From: Amphiscolops sp. MND2022
Lineage: Eukaryota
Direction of reading: 5' to 3'
Assembly: GCA_964187785.1 (NCBI GenBank)
Contig: OZ076409.1
Location: forward strand, 17,114,001-17,178,000
DNA: 64,000 nt
The notes below the pieces were generated by a model that was given only the letters and a program-made list of their open reading frames with translations, ran no database searches and was not told where the DNA came from. Shown here in pieces: positions 45,636-58,172 of this stretch. Both the position numbers and the translations under genes were made by a program. The stretch's first letter is position 1. Every line of letters begins with the position of its first letter.

Positions 45636-48330
45636 AACAAGACGCCCGCTGAGCTGCGAGATATTTTCCGCCCCAAACTGTTCTACAACTACAAGAATTT
45701 GAGGATCAAGAATAGCCAATGAACTATGAAAACGCAAAGACGTTCGAATAAAAGAAAACTTTGATCCATTTTGGCCAATTTTTAAAGGAAACACCTATTT
45801 CTTTGATAGCTGGCCACTGTTAGTTTTTTCGGCACTATGAGACTTACCGAATACAGAGAAAATTTTCGGGAAATTTTTCGAAAACAGTTTTTTTAAAATA
45901 GTTTTCGCAATTTCCAGTTTTTGAGCTTTTCTGTAAAGGAAAAAAATTTCTCGAGTTATGATGTTGGCCTCTTTGTTACTTTTGATCATGTGGAACTCAT
46001 GAGTTTTCTTATTGATAGTCGAAAATACCCCATTCCAGATTTTTCGGCTTTGCGTGTCTTTCCGAAACTTTCATTTGGTCGAAGGGTACCCTTTGATTTT
46101 CTTAGCTGATTTCGTCTTGCTTGAGAAAAGTATTTTTGCGAGCTGAAACTTGTTTCGCCATCATTACCGACAAAAATCAAAAATTTGATTTTTTCATTCC
46201 TGTTGGGGAAAAGGTGTTTCTGGGCGCATGCGTATTTCTTGGGGTATTGTTTGGCACAGAGAAAATAGGAGAAGCTTGAAACTAGGTCTTTTGCAAGTTT
46301 GGGAAACTTGAATGGTCCCAGTTTGTTATATTATTCCACATAGTTTCACCAGAAGTGTCAAAAATTGGAAATATTTTCGACAAATTTGAGGTCAATTCGG
46401 GGAAATTTTCTAACAAGAATCTAGAGGTGTCTCCTCAAAAATAGGCCTACGGGACACCGATTTTAGTTGTTGTTGACTGTTCACACCATTGTAGTCCACG
46501 AAATAGCTCAAAACTATTTCTTTAGAAGGTGTACTCCATATCTAGTGATGGTGCTTGGAGCTCATTGAATATAAAATATTGTACAAATAAGGTCAAATTT
46601 TACGTTTCCAAGAAACGTTTTTAAACGTTGTGCAAAAAACGGGTCTGATATTGTTTCGAAACACTACCAATAGCTACACGTTTCAATTCTGAGCCTATGG
46701 TATTTTTTATTGTAGTAAATTTTCGGAAAGGGTCCAAAATTAGAAAAATTCGGAAATTTTGACACTTTTGTTGTAAATTCAATGAACTTCCTCCCACTTT
46801 TTTCCCAAATTGCAAATTGAATACCCCGATTGTTTCGACGCTCAGGTCAATGGAAACTCAATTCTTCAAAAACTTTCGTGGTTTGAACAAAAATTGGGAT
46901 TAAATTTTCAAAAAACGTTTTTTTGTTGTTTCATGGATTTTGGGAGTGAGGCGATTCCCAGCAAATAACTGCAGTTAAATCTTCAAAATTGCATACTGGA
47001 TACCAGGATTAGTTTTTGCTGAGTTTTTAAAACCATTTTGTGCAGGAAAGAAGCTTAATAATTGTACAAAAAACTGCCTAAGAATGTGAAGTTAAAAATT
47101 TTAACTTTTTGCAAAATTTGGTTCATTCAGAGGAAATTTCGTCCATAAAAAACTTCAATTTCGTTTCAAAAAACGTGCTTTAGCTTTATTATCTGGAGCT
47201 TTTCGAAGCTTATATCTCACCAAAATTTTCTGATCTCAAATAAAAATTCACTGAATAAGTCAGAATCTGACAAAAATTTTAATTATTTTCGAGTTTTTGC
47301 GGTCGGTTTTTGGCCATTTTCCAACTGAAGTCCGCAAATAATTCTTTAAAATTCTACTGGATTTTGAGTTCAATCTTTGTTGAATGATTGCTAACATTCT
47401 GTCTCCAAATCGATTCGAAAAGTACACAAACTGCACAAAAACGAAGATTTTGAAACTTTTCGACTCATTTGGAGTCATTCTGAAGTATTTTTGAGGCAAA
47501 TCGCTGCAACTTTCTCGTGAAAAAAACTAATGTACAACTCGCTCTTTTGTTCTTGATTGTGTTGGAACTTATAACGAATTCTCTCGGAAATTGTACAGAA
47601 AATTCATGGAAAATGACAAAAACTCAGAAAAATTTCGACAACATCTTGACAAAAGCACACCGAAACAACAAGCTGTCCTACTTTTGAAGGGTTGTAACAT
47701 TCTAGTCTACAACCTCTGTCGATAGCTTGACAAATTCAATAAAGTGTGAAAATCTGGAAAATTTCGAGTTTTTGTCATTTTCGGTGTCAATTTGAGACAT
47801 TTTTCATTTGAAAAACTCGATTAAACTCTTCGGAAATGCCTACTGGACAACAAATTCTTTCCTTGTTGACCCTTTTTACCACTCCAATCCACGAAGTCTG
47901 TCAAAACTTTAACAAAAATTGCATAAAAACTATGAAAAATGGAAATTTTTTGGTTTTTTTTCATTTTCGGTGTCAATTTGAGATCTTTTTCATTTGGAAA
48001 ACAGCAATTAGCTCTTGGGGAAAGCCTACTGAAAAACGATTTTGTGCCATGTTGAGCGTTGTCAACTTTTTAATCTACGATATTTATCGAAAAAGTGACA
48101 AAAAACTGCTTTAAAACGTAAAAAATGAATTTTTTTGCAATTTTTTCATTTTTGGGTCATTTTGGGGTCCTTGGGTTCAACCACATATCGCACGAAGCTA
48201 AATTTATGCGAGTTGAATTGTATGGGTAAAACCCTTAAAGTTAAATATAATTTTGGTGCTTGGCAAATTTTGTTAAAAAAGCCCGTTTGATTTAAATATT
48301 TTCCTTTCCCATGAAATATGGGCGGAAAAT
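45636..48330 (+). mobile_element. Long Helentron/HINE-like family A copy
   Basis: Head AACAAGACGCCCGCT...ATTTTCCGCC; tail CCCAT..ATGGGCGGAAAAT at ~48308-48330 is inverted relative to the head motif; body similar to 37859-39880. Confidence 0.55.
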
Positions 48331-50289
48331 AACAATAGAAATGAATTGTTATTATTGGGTTTTGGTTGTTTGATAACTCTTTCAAGTGTGCGTGCTCTGT
48401 CTTCGGTTGGCTTCATTTCATATCTTGATCAGAACATTAAAATCGATAGTATATAACCATTTGTCAGTATAAAACGCAAGCCAACACTCGAACCTCAAAA
48501 AAAATGCACTTCAAATAGTTGGGAAGCTGTTTTTTCTAAAAGTCAACCTCATAGTGCTGACGAAACCCAAAGAGGCCCTTTGGGGTTACGGTTTTTGCTA
48601 CCTCAAATGTGAAACAAACCAAATGGAAACCTTTGGTGATGAGTTAAAAAAAATCAGAAAAGTCAAAACGCTGAAAAACACCAATTTAGCTTTGTGATCC
48701 CTGGCAAAATGGGGGAACAACCTTCGAATCATTTGGTCCTATTCAGGTCTTAGACGTATCTCATTTTCATATCGACTTCTAAAAATCAGAACAAAGACAG
48801 GAAGACTAGCACTGTAAAACTTTTTTTCAAGTTTTAAATGAGTAAATCACCGATTGAAGTTTCAAAAAAGGAAACAATGAAAGTTGATTTTTGGAAAAAC
48901 GGCATTGAAAAGAGCAACAAGCTCATACTTTTTGTAGCTTTTTTCTTCATGCTACTCTAGCACATTTTGGCTGACAAAATTGATTTGCTCATTGAATGTC
49001 CAGCTGCCCAAAAAATCAGAATGCTCTTTCTGTAGGTGTACTGCTGTAATCAATAACTATCTCAATTGCAACTGTGTATGATACTTGTCTTAACTTCGGG
49101 CACTTTTTGTAACTGCAAACGTTTAAAAACAAAACGAGTCTTTGTTGGCCCGAGTCAATAAATTTGAAACATTTAATACCAATCTCTAGATGATTATTTG
49201 CTAATTTTAAAGGAAATTGTAGCTTTGGGGTGCAATAACAATGCTTGAATACAATGCAGCGTTTTACTTTCCACTGTTTATTTGTTCCATTGATAGCATA
49301 TCAATTAGCAAAAACTAAGTGTTTCGGGATATAGTGTTTGTTGTTTTGGCCCAAAGGAAACTGAGTGAACTCTCAATAGCTTAGAGTATGCATCTTTTGA
49401 CGGAGACGAGGTATCATAAAAATTACTTAACAAAACAACCAAATATCCTAAGAAAAAACCCAAATATTACGGCGTTTTCTCGCAATGTCTGACCAGCTCG
49501 CAATTTAGAACAAGAAAGAATTGTTCTTTGATGGATCCCTTTCGCAACTTTGAACAATTTCAATGGCGACTGAAAATGACAGTCGTCGCTATTTTCCAGT
49601 CCATTCACAATGATCAAAAGACTTCTTGACCTGTTATGCCGTACAGGTTTGAATCTAATGGAGAGTTTATTTCTAGGTCAAAGTATTCATTTCTAGGAGA
49701 CCGATTCCAAGCAGACTTCAAAACTTTTCACGTAACATACCAAAGTAATGATTTGAAACAAAAAACTTTAGAATTTTGAAAACGTTTCAACCGTAGAATG
49801 AAAATTCAAGGCATGCTTTTCGCTACCTCTGGAATTACAATCGGGAACAATTTAATGGCTGTTTTGAGGAAAAGATACCCATTTAAAAAAAACGTAATGC
49901 GAACTTGATCACTCAAAAAAATTGGCCACACTAAAAGTTAACAAGCCGGGAACGGCATAAGCCGGCGCCATATCTAAGGCTCAAAAATAACTAGAGGACT
50001 TCAAAGTGTCAAGTATTCTTCTACAGTACCTGAAAAACCCAATAATTGGAGCGAATTGGCGCGCCGGGAGACTCTTTCAGATTTTTTTAACATCCATTGT
50101 TGGAAAACATCAAAAAATCGAAGGGGGAATTTTTTTCGAAATCAAAAGTCTCACAATACCGAAAAAAAACTGAACAGGGGACCCTTTAGTCTCGCCCGGT
50201 AATGTATGTTACGTGGAAAAAAAACAGGAAAAACCTTTCGCTAACCAACCCCTTACAGTATCCGTTCTCGCTCTGTCTCTCTTTTTGGG

Positions 50290-50517
50290 ATTGAAGAACC
50301 CAACAATTTGAAGTCACGTGAGACATTCTTCTGCAGAGCTCCTAGAATAGCCAATAAGCTACTGCAACTTGACGACATAGACTTCATGTGGAACTTGCAG
50401 AAGTTTGAGAAGAATCTTCGGACCTTCCTACTAGACAGAGCCATTTCCTTCAACATCAATGCCTCTTGCAGCTACTTATTCAAGTGTTTCTGTAACACAT
50501 GCCGGGATCTCTCCTGA
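50290..50517 (+). pseudogene. 3' fragment of a LINE ORF2
   Basis: ETFFCRAPRIANKL...CSYLFKCFCNTC* parallels the C-terminus of the LINE at 43891-44367 (SFFSRAAEMANFL...CSHYICCACYSC). Confidence 0.6.
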
Positions 50518-53250
50518 TGTGTCATCTAATCTAGTTTTCAATCTCTTAAAATCATACTGATACTTAAAAAGGAATTGTGTGTTTTAACTACTACTAGCGT
50601 TAAAATGTCAATTTTCTCAAGATTGTCTCCTAAAAACGGCTAAACTCTGAAATAAGAAAGCAACACGACTGCTCATATCAACTCGATTATTATCTTGGCT
50701 GATTTGAGTTTCCTAGCGTTTCCTAGCGAAACTTCAAGCCGAACAACTCAAACCCAAGTTTCAACAAAGCATTGGTTTCGTCCATTGCAATTCTCACTAG
50801 CAAGTAACTTGCATGTAGTTTACTAGCTACTTACAATTGCTAGCTGCATGACCCTCGAAGGGATAATTTAATATTTTCTGAGTTAAATGCGCTGATTTTT
50901 ATTCGGAGCTTTTTTTAGAAAAGAGCTACTGTAGTCATGGATTTGTTTTTTTTTCGATACACCTGAACTGTCCAAAATTGTTCTACCAAAAGTTCTTCAA
51001 TTTTGGCAAAGTCCTTTTTGGCTATCTACAAACTACATTTGAGCTGTAATGGAGACTTGTTCTTCGACAATAACGGAATCCATAACGGATTTAACGTAAA
51101 CAGGATATAACGAGTACAGGATATAATGTTTCTGGGATATTTTTTCAATGTTGCAAATGGATCCCCCTTCTCAATTTTCAGGATATTTAGAATTGGTACA
51201 AAATCATTTGAAGCCAAAACCTTTGGATTTTTCGGTATTGTGAGCTCTCATTCTTTTCAACTTGACCGAACAGCTTTTTATTCTCAATACTTCATTGAAT
51301 TGAATGCTTTATGTACATTTTTTCAATCTTTTTCTTTTTTCATAAAAGAACCGCTTGTTTTTTGAAGCCCTCGATATTTATCATAAACGAAGCGTTTCGC
51401 GAGAGTCGAGTGCATCCTCATAGTTGTTTTTTGTTACCATAAGACTTACCAAAAATTTTTGAATTTTTCGAAACAATTTCTTGCAACAGTTTTTAGTTTC
51501 CTTGAGACTTTTTGTAATAAAAACCTTTTTGCGAGTCCCGAGGGTGACCTTATTGATAAGAATTTGGTCCCGGTGAACTGATGAGACTTTTCGCAAAATT
51601 TGTGGAAAAGATTTTCTTTCGGATTCGTGCGAGTTTTTCAGAAAAAAAATTTGTATGGTCAACGTTTACCCCCTTCACTTTCATGAATGCTGTCGGCTTG
51701 TAAAAAATGATGGGTCTGCAAACTTGAAGGAACTGCTTTTGGGGTTTCAGACGCTTTCAGAATAAAACGAAGTGAAAAAAAATAGTTTTTGATGTTTCGA
51801 GTTACGGAAAACGAAGTAAACGAGTTTCATGGGTATCCTCCTTCGGGTATTTTTGGTATTGTCAATTTGATAGTTTTTTTCAATACTATCATTTTGAAGC
51901 TCCATTCTCGGTACTTTGAGTCTTTTTTCCGATCGAAAAATTGGATTGTTGTTTACAGTGTGGAAAAGTTGTTTTCGAGCCTATGAGGATTCCTTCGCGT
52001 ATTTTCCTGAACTGAGAAATTGATGAATTTTAACGATAGTATTCTTTGCATATTCAAGAAAGTTGCTTCTTTGAAACATGAGCGGTGCACCGACTTGGGC
52101 TGGTTCGGGCTTGTTGGATTTTGCCAGTACAATTGCACAAGGCAAGCTACAAATAATTCATAAACTTATTCAAGAACCCCTACAGCAGTGACAACTAGTG
52201 TCTTGAGGCTAATTAAAAAAATTTCACAATGGATTAAAACTACTGCTACAAGATCTCAAACTGTCGCTTCTGGTTTTTGTGGTTCTTGCAGTTTGTTAAA
52301 CACTGCAACAAAATGAGTCACGAAACAGACAGTACTGTGAAAAAGGAATCATTCCCACCGCCGACTTTCTCGAAATCGATTGAAAATTTTGAAAAGTGTC
52401 AGAAAGACAAAAATTCTAGAAGTTACTAATAGCTGACTTTCGGCAAAAGGAGACTTTCTGCCGTGTTTAGGTATATATCGCTTCATGAAATTTTGCACTA
52501 TATCCGAAGATTTGATGTTATAACCGAAATAAAAAGATGGCAGAGGTTCAAAAAGAATGGTATTCTTTCGAAAAGGTCCTTTGGTACTGTCAAATTTTTT
52601 CGAAAGAGATTTGAGTTCTTGACGCTTAGAAGTTTTTTTTACTATTCTGAGCCTTAAGCGGGCGCCGACTTATGCCGTTCCCGGATTGTTCCAATTATTG
52701 ACCGCTTTATCCAGTTTTGCTGGCAGTTTCATGCTCAATCGATTCAAAACTACTGGATACTCCATGGATGTAATTTGATTTCAAAAATGATCAACCTTTT
52801 TCGAAATATCATGATCAAAAGGTAAAATTTCGTCGACTTAGATGTATTAAGGAATTAAGTTTTCGCGGTGAAAAACTACGATTTTTTGATTTAAAACGTT
52901 TCTGAAACAAAAAAAATATACCATTGGATTCTAGGTAATCTGTAGAATCCGATGAAGTTAAGTTTTATAGAGAAAAATTCACGAACTTGTCTAAAATTGG
53001 GAAAATAGGTGACTTTACTTGATGCGCCTATCAAAATTCAACTACAGAGCAAACGAGCATTTTTAGTTAATTGATAACGACGGTCAGTGCATCCCCGAAG
53101 CGCTGAGCGTCGTTATCAACCAATTAAAAACGTTTATTTGCTCTTACTTTCAATTTAGAGTAGCGCATTAACTGAAACCCAGGCACAGAAAAAACTCTGG
53201 AGATTGTCTAGAACCCAATGGTATTTCTGTGGCAGGAACATTTCAAATGA

Positions 53251-53660
53251 AACAAGACGCCCGCTACACACCAACATATTTTCCGCCTTCACCAACTGAG
53301 CCATAGCTATTTTGGGAGGGGGAAAAGCATTCAAAGAATAAGATCTAAAATGCAGTGATTTTAGATCTAATTCCCTTTAGATATTATTCCCGTCTTGAAA
53401 TTTTAGATCTTATACCCTTTCGATCTTGTTCCCATTTTTGACTTTAGATATTATCCCTCCCCCCCCCCCCTAAGCTGTTTCAGTTACTTGACTATTTTGT
53501 AAAATAATCAAGTAACCAAAAAAATATGCAAGTAAAAAGAGATTATGAGAGTGAGACAGTGTAGAGAAGAGTGAAGTGAAGAGTGGAGTTATGGCAGAAC
53601 TTGGGAAAAAATCGTAACACAAATCACGATTTTCCTCCCGCATTTATGTGGGCGGAAAAT
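53251..53660 (+). mobile_element. Short Helentron/HINE-like family A copy
   Basis: AACAAGACGCCCGCT...TATTTTCCGCC head; GATTTTCCTCCCGC...GTGGGCGGAAAAT tail. Confidence 0.5.
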
Positions 53661-54474
53661 AATAATAACTGCAGTATTTGCCGCAAAAACTTGATTTCTT
53701 TTCTTGAATAGGAATATCTTGAATATCCAAATGTAATTGAGAGTTTTAACTTTTGAGCCTGATATTTGGCGAACGTTTGATCAATTTCGAAATCAAAATG
53801 TATTCATTGCTTAAATAATTTGGGGGAGTTGATAGAGTAAAGAACTTGCCAAAACACTGTAAGGAAAACGGTAGAAAAAATGGAAAATGACAAAAACCCC
53901 AACTTTGCTCAAAATCAACAATTTGTATATTACACAATTTTTGTCAAAAGTTTAGAAAACAACCAACGTAAACTAGCTGAAAAACTCAGAAACGTTTAGT
54001 TGCTTTTCAAAATTGTCAACCGATTGAGAGAAAATCGAGCCTGAATTCGCACAGGGGATAATTTCTCAATTCCAGTACTGTATCATCTGAGGATTGAAAG
54101 CAGATCCTGGATATAATCAACGTCAGCAGAACGACTAGTGTTTCGTATAATCGAATTTTCTAATATGCGGGTTTGAAAGGAATAAAATTTGTATTCGGGG
54201 CCAAGATACGCATTTACTACAAGCGATGTTGAAACAATAAGCTTAGGTCGTCTTAGTTTACTTTCACAGAGCATTTATGATTGACGGACATAGTCTCTGA
54301 CAAGTAATTTGCTTTACATGGTATGATAACCAGTGAATTGAATGAACCTACCATTTGAAATTATTGACTGCTCTAAACAACGAAAAGAGATAACATTTTA
54401 AATAAAAATTCAATCTATATAGCTATGAGGAAAATATTACTACAAACTTTATTTCTAATTTTCCAAGATAAAAA

Positions 54475-57264
54475 TCAATTATTAGCAAAATTAGAAGATT
54501 TATCGTTGTCAAAGGCGTAGGCGGCAACTGCTGTGTCAGTGGAGTTATTCAACTGATTATTATTGTCTGAAGAAGCTACAGTAGAAGGGAGAGGCGGAGA
54601 AGGAGGACAAGACGATTTAGTTCTATCGGACGAGTCAATATGTTCACAAATAATATCATTAGTAAAGGGTACTGTTTTCTTGGACGACACATCACATGAG
54701 TTTGCAACAGAAGCGGTGACGACAATTTCAGAGGAGGCTCTTGTTGAAACGTCATCGGTGCCAGCCAATGAGTCATTGCCACCACAGCTGGAGGGTTCGG
54801 CGTGATTCGTTGAAGCTTGAAGATGACGACGTTCTTGCAGGAACACAACAGTTTCCTCCGCTGAGTCTGTCTTAGAGACTTTTTCAGTGCCGCTGTTGTC
54901 TGCCGCAGAGGTTGCTTCGCATTTATTCAAATGCTGATAACTGGGGAAATCTATCTTGGGGTGGTTGCTAAAACTACTGACTAAAGTACTGGAAACAGAA
55001 AAAGAGCTATTGGGTGATTTAACACTGGGCGTTGTTACAGCTGACGTTGCAACAAGGTGCGGTTGCTGCGAAGGTGACAACGTATCAACTGAAGAGTCAA
55101 GACCAGCAGCTGTGTCGTTGCCATTTTGTCCTTCATTCGTGTGAGTAGAAGTAACAACGGCATCTTTGCTGCTATTGATCATGAAGGTGTCGATGTTGAC
55201 AAAAGGCCCAAAGCCGTTTGGAAGTTCGACTGAGGGAGAAGAAACGGAAATCGACGACAAATTTGTGTTGACGAGATCGGATGATATGGAACTGTGACTG
55301 ACCTGGGTCTCTAAGCCGTAGTGACTGTCAGAGGCAATAATTTGACGAGAAGCACTCAACGATGATTTATCAAGCGCTGCTTCTGCATCTGAATTTTGCT
55401 TTGAAAGAGGCAGCGATTCGGGAAGTAATGATTGGACGTTTGAGTTAGAAGCGTCATCATTTTTATGGGCACTTGAGTCAGTGAAATTGGTGGAATTCAT
55501 CTCAGGGTGAACACTGACTTGTGATGTTTCAGGGTTATGAGGCAAGGTTGTTCCACCATTTAAATTTGGATTCAGGGTTATATCAGGACTGATGTTGTTC
55601 ACTCCGTCGGTTGGAAGAACGTCGTCTCTTGAAGTTTCCGACGATGGCGATGTTTTACTAGGTTGTCTCCCAACGATAACAGGGTAAATAGGGAAGCAGT
55701 CATTGGGAAAAGGCTCGTCATCACTTAGGTGAATCCATTCCGAATGCACATTTACTGCAGGCTGCCAACGTCGATTTAAGCTATAAGAATGCATTTTACG
55801 CTTGCGTATTAGTTTGGCGGATGCCAAAGTTCTAGTTCCTTGCTCAGCAACTGATTGATGATCACCAGCATTAGTACTGGTAGTAGATATCGTGGAACTG
55901 TTACAAGGTTTAGGCCACGGGGAGAGTGGTGGCGGGGGTATAGTAAACCTCACTGATGGTTTACCACCGGAGGCAGCAGTCCGCTTGGGCTTACCATCGT
56001 TAGTCTTGGACCTCGCAGAATGCAAAATGGCTTGCTGTGAAGATTTAGTTTTCAAACTGGGATAACCATTCAACCGTTGACTCCTGGTGTTGTAAGTTGG
56101 CTTGGGATCAAGTAGAGCAGGGTTGTTTGTTTTGATAACTCTGCCTGATTTTGTAGTTTTTCGTAAAGCTGTTACTCTTTCATTTTGCAGCAGTGGCGCC
56201 GCTGTTGATACTGCTCCACTTCGTCGTGAAGATGTTGGAGTAGGTGTTAATTTTCCAGCAATGCTACTCAGTGACTCATTGTCAGAAGCGTTTTGTGCCG
56301 AGTCTTTAGAAGACCGCGATTTGTTAACGGGTTCATTGGCAAGTGAACTCTTCGCAATGCGGATTTTCGTGGGAGATACAGCAGTTATATTGTAGTGTTC
56401 ATCTTCATTGGGGCTTTCTGATATGAGCTGTTTTAAAGGGGGTTCGCTCTCTGGTGCTATGACTGTTTCAGAGAAATCACTAGACGTGAAAAGTCCGTCA
56501 GCCAAATGGTTGCGGAAAGTTTCTAAGGCGCTTGAGAAAAACTCATTATTCAGGAGTTGTGACACGGAATCATCACAGTCGGGTAAAAAATTCAAAAGGT
56601 CGTCCTGGATATGTGAAGGGAGATCGTCAAATATTGTTTCATTTACTAAACATTTCAAATTTGCTGTGACTAAAGGAGAATTTGGCGATTGCAGTAATTG
56701 AAAGTATTTAGTATTTGTATTGTTTACAGGGGTACTTGTATTTTTGCTTTCGTTTACGCAATTAGTGGTCTTACTCAATTTGGTCGACGGCTTCACTTGT
56801 CCATTCTGTAACGAATTGTTTCTGCTTTTTGTAATCTTCTTCTCCAGATATTGACTAAGATAGGGAGCTTTGATTACACATAGAGATTTTTTACTGTTAT
56901 CTTTAGGGAGATGCTCTGATGGCAACAAGCCATTAAGCTTCACCAGTTCCAATTCGGCGTCAGTAAGATCTACATCCACAAAATGGAACATATGGGAGTC
57001 GACATATTCTTTCAGTGCAAAACGCAACGTTTCTCGGGAGTGTCCATTGAGTTTTCGAGAAGATACTACCAGTTTGCAAGTAGATCCTCGAGAAAGACAA
57101 AGAAGGATGGCTTCTAAAGAACGTCTATCAATTTCATTGAAATTGCTCTTTAAATTACTACTCGAAATGTACTGAAGAATTTCTTCAGCGGAACTGAAAA
57201 GTTTCTTGGATTTCTGCAATGTCAAGCATGCAGCTTCTTCCCAAGACAATTCTTGAAAATTCAT
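54475..57264 (-). CDS. Asx/ASXL: Additional sex combs-like protein (Polycomb PR-DUB subunit), ~929 aa from the first ATG
   Basis: N-terminal HARE-HTH-like LSWEEAACLTLQ...EEILQYI...RFALK; DEUBAD SPLVTANLKCLVNETIFDDLPSHIQDDLLNFLP...LNNEFF...HLADGLFT; RTLA motif; long Ser/Thr-rich tail. Confidence 0.88.
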   Translation of the reverse strand: MNFQELSWEEAACLTLQKSKKLFSSAEEILQYISSSNLKSNFNEIDRRSLEAILLCLSRGSTCKLVVSSRKLNGHSRETLRFALKEYVDSHMFHFVDVDLTDAELELVKLNGLLPSEHLPKDNSKKSLCVIKAPYLSQYLEKKITKSRNNSLQNGQVKPSTKLSKTTNCVNESKNTSTPVNNTNTKYFQLLQSPNSPLVTANLKCLVNETIFDDLPSHIQDDLLNFLPDCDDSVSQLLNNEFFSSALETFRNHLADGLFTSSDFSETVIAPESEPPLKQLISESPNEDEHYNITAVSPTKIRIAKSSLANEPVNKSRSSKDSAQNASDNESLSSIAGKLTPTPTSSRRSGAVSTAAPLLQNERVTALRKTTKSGRVIKTNNPALLDPKPTYNTRSQRLNGYPSLKTKSSQQAILHSARSKTNDGKPKRTAASGGKPSVRFTIPPPPLSPWPKPCNSSTISTTSTNAGDHQSVAEQGTRTLASAKLIRKRKMHSYSLNRRWQPAVNVHSEWIHLSDDEPFPNDCFPIYPVIVGRQPSKTSPSSETSRDDVLPTDGVNNISPDITLNPNLNGGTTLPHNPETSQVSVHPEMNSTNFTDSSAHKNDDASNSNVQSLLPESLPLSKQNSDAEAALDKSSLSASRQIIASDSHYGLETQVSHSSISSDLVNTNLSSISVSSPSVELPNGFGPFVNIDTFMINSSKDAVVTSTHTNEGQNGNDTAAGLDSSVDTLSPSQQPHLVATSAVTTPSVKSPNSSFSVSSTLVSSFSNHPKIDFPSYQHLNKCEATSAADNSGTEKVSKTDSAEETVVFLQERRHLQASTNHAEPSSCGGNDSLAGTDDVSTRASSEIVVTASVANSCDVSSKKTVPFTNDIICEHIDSSDRTKSSCPPSPPLPSTVASSDNNNQLNNSTDTAVAAYAFDNDKSSNFANN

Positions 57265-57711
57265 TTCACCATGTCTGAAAGGAAGCAGAATATTCACTCA
57301 GTTAAAGGATTTAAATTTTCGTTTTTGAATTAGATTTTTAAATTCACACCAAAACCTCTGAAATATTTTGTAAATTCCGGTCGAGTCCAATTCAATTTTG
57401 TCTATATCGATATCATGTGTCACAGTCTTTTAAGATGAAAGTTGAAACCACAGTTCAGTGATTCAAGACAATGCTCAAGCTCGGTGCAAGGCGGTGAAAA
57501 ACACCGGTTCAAGGATTACCATTAGCATCAAGGGGACGCACCAAAATATAACAAGCAGAGAAAAGTTCAGGTCTGGTCGAGCACTACTACTCATGTCAGC
57601 CATTATCCCAGTCGACCGACAGAACCAAAACACGAAAAAAAGCGAAAAAAGCCACGCTGATCGTCGAGTTGCAAAGAAGAAAGCTAGTCCCAACAAACAG
57701 TACTGTATGTT

Positions 57712-57810
57712 ATAAATTTCGCATCTCTGTCGCTTACTGTTCCTAGAGGACATGCCGCATTGCCGATTTGTAGAGCCATTGAGATACGCTGCTTTAAAAA
57801 GCTACCGGTG
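57712..57810 (-). mobile_element. Short second copy of the CRE-like element 3' end
   Basis: CGCATCTCTGTCGCTTAC.GTTCCTAGA...GCCGCATTGCCGAT matches 59652-59735. Confidence 0.7.
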
Positions 57811-58050
57811 ACACATTTGACGGCGCCAGATCATGCATGTTCCATTTTTTTCTGTTTTTCTTATTTTATTTTTTCTCTATCAGATATCATGGATCTTCGT
57901 CATCAATCAAGTGCCATGTGTATCATCATGTTGGGGGAGAAGACACACACACCCGTACTCTGCAACGAACATAGGGAACCACATACTAGCCACTATCCCA
58001 GTAACAAAAATACCAACCAACAAACTACTCATACCAGCCACTATCCCAGG

Positions 58051-58172
58051 ATACGGGACAATTTGCCGAAAACTGAATCAGGGACAATTTGCCCAATAAT
58101 TTTCGGCAAATTGTCCTTCACGTTCGGCAAATTGAGTTTCGGCAAATTGTCTTTCGGTAAATTGTCCCGTAT
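58051..58172. repeat. Small palindromic MITE-like element
   Basis: 20-bp inverted ends (19/20 match) ATACGGGACAATTTGCCGAA / TTCGGTAAATTGTCCCGTAT, with internal TTCGGCAAATTG repeats; related unit at ~58330-58372. Confidence 0.7.

Noticed and set aside
37859..47600. LTR pair flanking the LINE
   Set aside because: The two ~2-kb copies are strongly diverged, lack TG...CA ends and a TSD, and share termini with a dispersed repeat family.
44590..54274. Numerous 60-95 aa ORFs as genes
   Set aside because: They lie in AT-rich repeat-derived sequence with no recognisable domains, apart from the LINE tail at 50.3-50.5 kb.
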